Assembly: GCA_037446055.1 (NCBI GenBank)
Contig: JBBIJI010000016.1
Location: 1-64,000 of the forward strand
Direction of reading: 5' to 3'
Source of the DNA: Nitrospiraceae bacterium
GTDB lineage: Bacteria; Nitrospirota; Nitrospiria; Nitrospirales; Nitrospiraceae
DNA: 64,000 nt
The notes below the pieces were generated by a model. The model ran no database searches and was not told where the DNA came from. It saw only the letters and a list, made by a program, of their open reading frames with translations. The translations under genes and the position numbers were made by a program. This document shows, piece after piece, positions 58,010 through 64,000 of this stretch; position 1 is the stretch's first letter, and each line of letters begins with the position of its first letter.

Positions 58010-58408
58010 GTGAAGGACCACATGATCCGGGGTGTGCTGTGCGGTGCGGTCTTGTCGCTGATGCTGGATGGCTTTGCTGGCTCTGCCGTCTGGGCCGAGA
58101 CGATCACGGTCTCCATGAAGGGCCGGGGCTTTCATCCGGGACGAATCGAAGTGGAGGTGGGAGACACCGTTCAGTGGATCAACGACGATACGGAGCTCCA
58201 CGAAGTGGTGAGCGGGAAGTCGCCGTTCGACCGGGAGACAGGAGTTCCCTTGAATTCCGGCACTCTCATGTGGGACCAGCGATACACGTTCACCTTTAGG
58301 AAACCGGGGACGTATCCGTATATGTGCGTCATTCATCGATCGCTCAGCGACGTGACGGGTGAACTGGGGATGGTGGGAGAAATCGTCGTGCGTGGAGAAC
58401 AACCATGA
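58010..58408 (+). CDS. blue copper protein (plastocyanin/azurin-family cupredoxin) 1
   Basis: Motifs VGDTVQWINDD..HEV (His ligand) and GTYPYMCVIHRS...GM (Cys, His, Met ligands). Confidence 0.75.
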   Translation: MKDHMIRGVLCGAVLSLMLDGFAGSAVWAETITVSMKGRGFHPGRIEVEVGDTVQWINDDTELHEVVSGKSPFDRETGVPLNSGTLMWDQRYTFTFRKPGTYPYMCVIHRSLSDVTGELGMVGEIVVRGEQP

Positions 58409-58791
58409 CTAACTTGATGAGAGTGGCACTGGCGGGTGCCATGGCCATTTTTCTACTGGTGGCATATGCAGCGGAGCGGTCTGAAGCCGGCACTGTGAAA
58501 GTATCCATGAAGGATCGGCAGTTCACCCCCGACGTGCTCAAGGTGAAGGTGGGCGATACGGTCGAGTGGGTCAATGACGATCAAGACGTCCACCAGGTGA
58601 TCAGCGGGAAAGATCTCAGTGATCCGAACCTCGCGAAACCGCTGGATGGGGGGACGTTGCTGCCGGGTCAGTACTATCTTTACAAGTTTGAGAAGCCTGG
58701 AACGTATCCCTATATGTGCGTCATCCACTGGTCGCTGCAGTCGATTTCAGGAAAGGGCGGCATGCTCGGGGAGGTGATCGTTGAACCCTAA
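58405..58791 (+). CDS. blue copper protein (plastocyanin/azurin-family cupredoxin) 2
   Basis: ATGA overlap with the previous gene. Motifs VGDTVEWVNDDQDVHQV and GTYPYMCVIHWS...GM. Confidence 0.75.
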   Translation: MTNLMRVALAGAMAIFLLVAYAAERSEAGTVKVSMKDRQFTPDVLKVKVGDTVEWVNDDQDVHQVISGKDLSDPNLAKPLDGGTLLPGQYYLYKFEKPGTYPYMCVIHWSLQSISGKGGMLGEVIVEP

Positions 58792-59287
58792 CAATGGTCA
58801 TAAAGTTCGGAGAGCCCGCACGAGCGCGCACCGGCTGGTGGCTGTCGTGGTGGGAGCGATCCTGGCAATAAGCGTGACAGGGGGGCTCGTTCAGGCTGCT
58901 GAGCCGTCTGCAGGTTCGGAGAGCAAGAAAGGACCTTCCAGTGACTCATCGGTCGGTCAGCGGGCAGGCTTCGATATTTTTTTGATGGGGATCGTGACCA
59001 AGACCAACTACGAGGCGGCCCCGATCAGCATCACGATGAAGGTGATCGAGGGGGCGATGGAGCGGCTGGGACAAAACATAGAGGTGATCATCGAGACGGA
59101 TGAGGCGATCAAGCATTTCAAGAGAAGGGTGAGGGTGGGACAGGAGTTGGACACGCGCGTGCGGGTGGGCACCGACGGCAAGTTTTACATGGTGACGTCG
59201 CAACGTCGCGGCATCCCCTCGCGGGAGTTCAAGGGCGGGCCGACGATCGACGAGAGTGTGAAGAAGTTGCTGGAGTCCGGAGGATAG
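58781..59287 (+). CDS. secreted hypothetical protein
   Basis: Hydrophobic signal-like segment VAVVVGAILAISV. Start codon uncertain (TTG in the ORF track). Confidence 0.4.
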   Translation: MNPNNGHKVRRARTSAHRLVAVVVGAILAISVTGGLVQAAEPSAGSESKKGPSSDSSVGQRAGFDIFLMGIVTKTNYEAAPISITMKVIEGAMERLGQNIEVIIETDEAIKHFKRRVRVGQELDTRVRVGTDGKFYMVTSQRRGIPSREFKGGPTIDESVKKLLESGG

Positions 59288-59355
59288 GATCGTTCAGAAG
59301 TGTTCAGGGTGCAGTAGAACCGATGAAGGGTTTTTTAACCTAAGGAGGGTGTGCG

Positions 59356-60177
59356 ATGAACAAGTGGGGACTGATCGGCGTATGTGGGATAGCGACAGCA
59401 GCCTGGCTTTCCGCCGGGGTGGCAGAGAGTTTTGCTGCCGGGACCATAAGCGGGACAGTGACATTCGCGGGTAATGCGCCTGCGAACCCGAAAATTCGCA
59501 TCGCGAAGAACGCGGACTATTGCGGGACCGAGATCGAATTACCGGTCCTGGTGGTGAATCCGAAGAACAAGGGCGTCCAGTGGACGGTCGTCTATCTGGA
59601 AGGCGCCACCGGCGGGCCGACGCAGGAGAAATATGATTTGGAGATGGGCGATCCCAAGAAGAAGTGCGACTTCGTGCAGCATGTCGTCGCGATGGTCAAG
59701 AACAAAAACATTTCAATGAAGAACACCGATCCGATTCTGCACAATCCGCACACCTTCAACGATAAACACGCAACGCAGTTCAACGTCGCGCTCTCGGAAA
59801 AGGGTCAGGTGATTGAGCGGAAGTTGCGCGCGGGCGGACTCAATAAACTCCAATGCGACTCCCATGTGCATATGAACGGCTATGTGTATACGTTCGACCA
59901 TGGGTATTTTGCCGTCACCGACGGGGATGGCAACTTCAAGATCGGCGATGTTCCTCCGGGCAAGTACAAGGTCGTTGCCTGGCACGAGAGCTGGAAAGCG
60001 AAGAACATGGAGGATGTGACTCGCTCGATCAAGGAAGCGGAAGAGAAGATCAAAGCAGGCCATATCAAGCCGGAAGATGCCCAACTTGAGCGTCCGAACT
60101 ACGAAGACCACATCGTGCTGACCAAGGAGATCGAGGTGAAAGACGGCGAGGTCAAGGTCGCGTTTGAACTGAAATAA
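59356..60177 (+). CDS. secreted cupredoxin-like protein (C-x2-H-x2-M site) with C-terminal beta-sandwich domain; paralogue of 44809-45738
   Basis: Shine-Dalgarno TAAGGAGGG. Signal peptide ends in AAG-TI. Motifs QCDSHVHM and DGNFKIGDVPPGKYKVVAWH. Shares the N-terminal TxSGxVT motif with the paralogue. Confidence 0.7.
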   Translation: MNKWGLIGVCGIATAAWLSAGVAESFAAGTISGTVTFAGNAPANPKIRIAKNADYCGTEIELPVLVVNPKNKGVQWTVVYLEGATGGPTQEKYDLEMGDPKKKCDFVQHVVAMVKNKNISMKNTDPILHNPHTFNDKHATQFNVALSEKGQVIERKLRAGGLNKLQCDSHVHMNGYVYTFDHGYFAVTDGDGNFKIGDVPPGKYKVVAWHESWKAKNMEDVTRSIKEAEEKIKAGHIKPEDAQLERPNYEDHIVLTKEIEVKDGEVKVAFELK

Positions 60178-60189
60178 ACCCAGCTTGGG

Positions 60190-60265
60190 CGAACAGCAAG
60201 TAGCTGGCAGCTCGTAGCGGGCAGATGATTCCGGGCTGTCCGCTATGAGCTGTTCGCTCAGCTCA
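60190..60265. repeat. family-3 repeat element (gaacagcaagtagctggcagctcgtagcgggcag ... cgctatgagctgttcgctcagctc)
   Basis: Read directly. Confidence 0.6.
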
Positions 60266-60283
60266 TTGAGGAGAAGAAAGAAG

Positions 60284-60469
60284 ATGAACCGAGCAGAAGA
60301 ATCGGTGTTCTGGATCATGGCGGCCGGATCACTCTGGCCGACAATGGCGTTGGCGGAAGAGACCACGGTGTCCACGGGCGGCTACGGATCGACCGATTAT
60401 GCGTGGTTCACAGTGATCGGTCTTATCCTCGCCTACGGCGTGTATGACACATTCTTTAAGACGCCTTAA
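60284..60469 (+). CDS. small membrane protein (61 aa)
   Basis: Shine-Dalgarno GAGGAG before the ATG at 60284. Two hydrophobic segments. The stop lies inside an 18-nt perfect palindrome. Confidence 0.4.
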   Translation: MNRAEESVFWIMAAGSLWPTMALAEETTVSTGGYGSTDYAWFTVIGLILAYGVYDTFFKTP

Positions 60470-60477
60470 TTAAGGCG
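60460..60477. terminator. perfect 18-nt palindrome ACGCCTTAATTAAGGCGT spanning the stop codon; candidate hairpin terminator/processing site
   Basis: Read directly. The sequence equals its own reverse complement. Confidence 0.3.
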
Positions 60478-60501
60478 TGAGGCGGGAGGCCGAGGTCTTA
60501 C

Positions 60502-60571
60502 GAGTTCTGAATTCTGAGCTAGGAGTTCTTGCTGACAAGTCAGAACTCAAACCTTTCAATTCAGAACTGCT
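60502..60571. repeat. family-1 palindromic repeat element (cgagttctgaattctgagctaggagttcttgc ... gtcagaactcaaacctttcaattcagaactgc)
   Basis: Read directly. Confidence 0.65.
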
Positions 60572-60611
60572 GCCTCTCGCCCCATGCCCGGCTTGTTCAA
60601 GGAGGCCGACA

Positions 60612-61307
60612 ATGAGCGTTGGCACCCTGCGCGGTTTTGTAGCTCTTTACTTATTGCTGTTTGCCTTTTGCCTTGTCCCTTCACCGGGGTGGGCCCATGA
60701 GCTGAGCCAGCCGGTCCCGATCTTACTCGAGCGCATGCACGATACGCTCTTGCTGATCAACCGAGGGAAACCGGATCAGGCTTACGCGAAGGCGGCCTCG
60801 ATCCGGGAGGACTTTCCCGACACGAGCCGCGGACGTCTGATCCAGGAAGTCGGCTTGCTTCGCACGGCCGTGCGCCTCGATTCCGCCTATCGGACCTCGC
60901 TCGCGGAGGAGACTGCCGGCGCACTGGATCGGAAAGACGTGCCTCGCCTCCAGAAGGCGCTCTACTCTCTGTCATTCCTCCTCATCCTCGAAAAATTGGA
61001 CCGACTGGACCTGCTCATGCAGGATTCGAGCGCGCGCGTCGAAACCCGGGCCGCCGTGCTGGCGGTCGCCCATGACTATTTCTCCCACATGTTCGAGCGG
61101 CTCCTGAAATTCCGCGCGCCGGAGCAGATCAAAACGTTGGACCGATTGCTCGACCGAATGGCGGTCGCGGTCAAGCGGGGGGATGCGACTGGGCTGGAAG
61201 CCTTGCGGGCCGAGTTCCTGGCTGGGCTGGTTGACGGCTTTCAGGAGCAGCTTGTCGGCGCGCAGTTACGGTCGATCGTGGCTGCGGCCAAGGGATCAAG
61301 AGCATGA
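60612..61307 (+). CDS. secreted hypothetical protein
   Basis: Shine-Dalgarno GGAGG. Signal peptide ends in GWA-HE. Helical Leu/Ala/Arg-rich sequence. Confidence 0.5.
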   Translation: MSVGTLRGFVALYLLLFAFCLVPSPGWAHELSQPVPILLERMHDTLLLINRGKPDQAYAKAASIREDFPDTSRGRLIQEVGLLRTAVRLDSAYRTSLAEETAGALDRKDVPRLQKALYSLSFLLILEKLDRLDLLMQDSSARVETRAAVLAVAHDYFSHMFERLLKFRAPEQIKTLDRLLDRMAVAVKRGDATGLEALRAEFLAGLVDGFQEQLVGAQLRSIVAAAKGSRA

Positions 61308-61837
61308 CCGAACATCTCACAGTGAAAGCCCCGCCGCTGGCAGCCGTATTTGCGTGCCTCCTTCTCTTCGGGTGGGGCGAGCTGGCCGGCGCGCTCCAGG
61401 GCGGCTTTCGAACGCAGATTCTGGCCACCGCCGCGGAAGCGGCCAAAGAGTATCCGACCGTCCACCAGCTCACGGGCTTGAGCGATGTCGATCAAACCAT
61501 CGTGGAAGGGATCGCCCAGGAGGTCCTGGCGCGACTCCATCTCTTCCATACCCACACGCACGGGCTGGGCCTCGTGACGCTCGCGATGGTCACCGTCATC
61601 GCCAATCTTTCGGTCGCCGAACGGCTCCGGATCTTGTTGACGAGCTGGGTGCTGCTCGGATTGTTGTACCCGTTCGGATGGCTCACCGTGGCGATTGCGC
61701 TCCCGGCGAGGGGGAAGGCCGCAGCGTTTGCCCTGGCTGAACGGTGGTTCTTCATTCCGTTCGGCGGGCTTTATCTCTTGGGCGTGGGAACCTTGATCGC
61801 GTTGCTGGCCTGGCAGCTCATGCGAGGAATACGATGA
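61304..61837 (+). CDS. hypothetical membrane protein (4-5 TM)
   Basis: Overlaps both neighbours by ATGA. Hydrophobic helices throughout. Confidence 0.5.
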   Translation: MTEHLTVKAPPLAAVFACLLLFGWGELAGALQGGFRTQILATAAEAAKEYPTVHQLTGLSDVDQTIVEGIAQEVLARLHLFHTHTHGLGLVTLAMVTVIANLSVAERLRILLTSWVLLGLLYPFGWLTVAIALPARGKAAAFALAERWFFIPFGGLYLLGVGTLIALLAWQLMRGIR

Positions 61838-62838
61838 CCAGGATTGAGGAGCGAGGGCTCAGGATTGCGGTTCCTGAGGCCGACGCTCAGTCCTCGGCAC
61901 TCAATAGTCAGTGCTTGTCGAGGGCGCCGTTCTATTCCGGCGGGCAATACTTGCGGGAGCAGTTCCCGTTCCGGGTTTTCAAGATCGCGGTAGACGCCGG
62001 CTTCAACTGTCCGAACCGCAACGGCACGAAGGGGCACGGGGGGTGCATCTATTGCAACAACGCCAGCTTCAGCGCCAACAGTCGCACGATTCGCGTTCCG
62101 CTCGGCCGGCAGATCGAGGACGGAATGCGGTTCTATCAGGATCGGCTGCAAGGCGAGAAGTTCATCATCTACTTTCAGGCCTATACGAACACGTTCGGCC
62201 CGGTGGATTACCTGCGCACGGTCTATGATCAGGCGCTGGTGAATCCCGCCGTCGTGGGCCTGTCGATCGGGACGCGTCCGGATTGTGTGCCGGACGCGGT
62301 CCTGGATCTTCTCGCGGAGTACGAGCAGCGCACACACCTGTGGCTCGAATTGGGCCTCCAGAGCAGCCACGATGCGACGCTGCGGCGTCTCAACCGACGC
62401 CATACCTATGCGGAATTCACTGATGCCGTGCGTCGAGCCAAGCAGCGAGGACTCCGTGTGTGTGCGCACGTGATTCTCGGACTTCCGGGAGAGTCGCGGT
62501 ACATGATGCTGCAGACGGCGGAGCGGCTGGCGCGACTCGGGATCGACGGGTTGAAGCTGCATCACCTCTATGTGGCGAGGGACACGGCGCTCGAGCGCGC
62601 ATACCGGCGGGGGACGATTCGGGTCCTTGCGTTGCCGGAATATGTCTCGTTGGCCTGTGACTTTCTCGAACGCACCCCTACCGGGGTCGTCATCCAACGT
62701 GTGACGGGCGAGGTGGCCGAGGATTACGTGGTGGCCCCCCACTGGGGCGTCACCAAACTGCAGGTGGTCCATCGAATTCACGAGGAATTCGGACGGCGGG
62801 GAACGAGGCAGGGAAGCCAGGCGCCTTCGGCGAATTGA
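61834..62838 (+). CDS. radical SAM protein, TIGR01212 (YhcC-like) family
   Basis: Motifs FKIAVDAGFNCPNRNGTKGHGGCIYCNN and GLKLHHLYV are characteristic of this family. Start at the ATG at 61834 (ATGA overlap). Confidence 0.8.
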   Translation: MTRIEERGLRIAVPEADAQSSALNSQCLSRAPFYSGGQYLREQFPFRVFKIAVDAGFNCPNRNGTKGHGGCIYCNNASFSANSRTIRVPLGRQIEDGMRFYQDRLQGEKFIIYFQAYTNTFGPVDYLRTVYDQALVNPAVVGLSIGTRPDCVPDAVLDLLAEYEQRTHLWLELGLQSSHDATLRRLNRRHTYAEFTDAVRRAKQRGLRVCAHVILGLPGESRYMMLQTAERLARLGIDGLKLHHLYVARDTALERAYRRGTIRVLALPEYVSLACDFLERTPTGVVIQRVTGEVAEDYVVAPHWGVTKLQVVHRIHEEFGRRGTRQGSQAPSAN

Positions 62839-62840
62839 GA

Positions 62841-62885
62841 ATTCTGAATTCTGAATTTTCGGAGACGGCCAATTCATAATTCGCG
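62841..62885. repeat. family-1 repeat element (gagaattctgaattctgaatttt ... ccaattcataattcgcg)
   Basis: Read directly. Confidence 0.6.
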
Positions 62886-63008
62886 CCGTCTTATTCTGAG
62901 CGCGCGTTGGGAAGGGGCGAATGTGCCACCTCTTCTCGGGGGAAGGGAGTTTAATGACGGCCTCCTTGGACTTCTTTCCCCCCTTAACTGGCCAAGAAGG
63001 AGGATGCA

Positions 63009-63941
63009 GTGAACAGGCAAGGTCGATCAACGGTATGTGATGTGATAGGTGGGCTCGTGCTCGCGCTGATCGTGATGGGGGTTCCGGTCTGCTTCGCTGC
63101 GGCCGATGGAGGAGACCAAAGCCCGACCGACTATTTCACGAAGGGAATCCTGGCGAGCGAACGCGGACAAGTGGACCAGGCGATTGAAGAGTTTGAGAAG
63201 GTCGTGTGGCTCGATCCGGATCACGCGGAGGCGCAATACAACCTCGGCGTCCTCCTGGCGGAGCGCGAACGCTGGGACGACGCGATGGTCGCGTTGGCCA
63301 AAGCGGCCGACTTGCGGCCTAAAGACGCCGACGCGAGGTTGGCGATGGGGATTGTGGCTGGCCAGAAAGGGGACGACGACCGGGCCATCCACGAGTTTAT
63401 CGAGACGTTGAAGTTACAACCCGACTTGGCGGAAGCGCACTATCGACTCGGGCTCATCTACCAGAAGCGAAAGCTGGATGACATGGCGATCGGCCAGTAT
63501 CGACAGACCATCCGGTGCGATCCCGCGAATCTGCCGGCCCGGTTTGCGCTCGGCTTTCTGGCCGACAAGAAGGGCGACTTAGACGAGGCCATCAAACAGT
63601 TTCAAGAGATCACCACGCTGGACCCGCGCAACGCAGAGGGTTACTACAACCTGGGATTGGCCTACGGACGCAAGAGCATGGTCGGCTTGGCCGATCTCCC
63701 CACGCCCGATTTGACCGACTACAACACACTCGCCCTAGAGGCGTTTCAGAAAGTGTTGTCGTGGAATCCGAACCATGCCGGCGCGCGATACAACCTAGCG
63801 GTGGCGTATTTGTACCAGGGGGCCGGCGACGTCAAGCGAGCGCGCGAGCATCTGGACATTCTGGCGGGCATCGATCCCGGTCTTGCCGAGAAGCTGGCGG
63901 ACAAGATCGAGGCCGTGACGAGCAAGGAGGGAGCGCACTAG
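63009..63941 (+). CDS. tetratricopeptide (TPR) repeat protein, secreted/membrane-anchored
   Basis: At least six 34-aa repeats with A-x3-Y/N-L-G pattern (AEAQYNLGVLL, AEAHYRLGLIY, AEGYYNLGLAY, AGARYNLAVAY). GTG start after AGGAGG. Confidence 0.8.
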   Translation: MNRQGRSTVCDVIGGLVLALIVMGVPVCFAAADGGDQSPTDYFTKGILASERGQVDQAIEEFEKVVWLDPDHAEAQYNLGVLLAERERWDDAMVALAKAADLRPKDADARLAMGIVAGQKGDDDRAIHEFIETLKLQPDLAEAHYRLGLIYQKRKLDDMAIGQYRQTIRCDPANLPARFALGFLADKKGDLDEAIKQFQEITTLDPRNAEGYYNLGLAYGRKSMVGLADLPTPDLTDYNTLALEAFQKVLSWNPNHAGARYNLAVAYLYQGAGDVKRAREHLDILAGIDPGLAEKLADKIEAVTSKEGAH

Positions 63942-63975
63942 AAGTGACGAGTGACTGGTGACAAGTGACGAGTGT
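63941..63975. repeat. repeat element at window edge (GTGACGAGTGAC / GTGACAAGTGAC units), related in style to family 2
   Basis: Read directly: gaagtgacgagtgactggtgacaagtgacgagtg. Truncated by the window end. Confidence 0.45.
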
Positions 63976-64000
63976 GGCGTGCAACACAAGGCGGGAAACG

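Noticed and set aside
48364-60265. Family-3 (CGAATAGC) elements as vector, linker or assembly artefacts
   Set aside because: There are at least eight diverged copies with variable unit order and length. Each is placed precisely between real genes, and some are translated in frame at gene ends. That pattern indicates genuine genomic elements rather than a repeated artificial sequence.

Overview
This is a high-GC (about 60%), densely coded bacterial chromosomal segment with many sigma-54-dependent regulators, a hopanoid/squalene-synthase-like gene, cupredoxins and cytochromes. It resembles a Nitrospira-like or deltaproteobacterial-type genome, but the taxon is inferred, not proven. Positions 1-17 kb carry a VapBC toxin-antitoxin pair, a hybrid histidine kinase with a translationally coupled HPt gene, two receiver-domain regulators (one with a GGDEF domain, one with a zinc-ribbon C-terminus) and housekeeping and stress genes (GatB/YqeY, MFS transporter, glutathione peroxidase, HtpX, squalene/phytoene-synthase-like, ferredoxins, alanine dehydrogenase). 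A tRNA-Pro(CGG) lies at 17005-17081. Positions 17.5-26.8 kb are core housekeeping (acyP, an RpoD/RpoS-type sigma factor, apt, dksA-like, queC, cytochrome c, SPFH protein, DUF72, malQ). Positions 26.8-39 kb are a dense block of two-component and sigma-54 enhancer-binding regulators. The last of these (37609-39003, with a Cys-rich PAS-like sensor) sits directly upstream of a GGCAC-N5-TTGC sigma-54 promoter, a structured leader and a 25-codon upstream ORF. These precede a giant 1648-aa multicopper oxidase (39626-44572). From 44.6 to 60.2 kb follows an accessory-looking copper-protein island. It holds two cupredoxin (amicyanin-type C-x2-H-x2-M) fusion proteins, three single-Cys FGE-fold (PvdO/NirV-like) secreted proteins and an outer-membrane beta-barrel protein. 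It also holds a radical SAM/SPASM maturase, an MBL/diiron-like protein, a Crp/Fnr regulator, a hemerythrin-like protein and a two-domain multicopper oxidase. It ends with tandem-duplicated small secreted proteins and two plastocyanin/azurin-family blue-copper proteins. Almost every gene in this island is flanked by one of three families of low-complexity palindromic repeat elements, built from short reiterated units (CGAATAGC/GCTATTCG; GAGTTCTGA/TCAGAACTC; GTCATTGGTCA/TGACCAATGAC). Some of these repeats have entered coding sequence in frame. No CRISPR array, rRNA gene or obvious transposase was seen.
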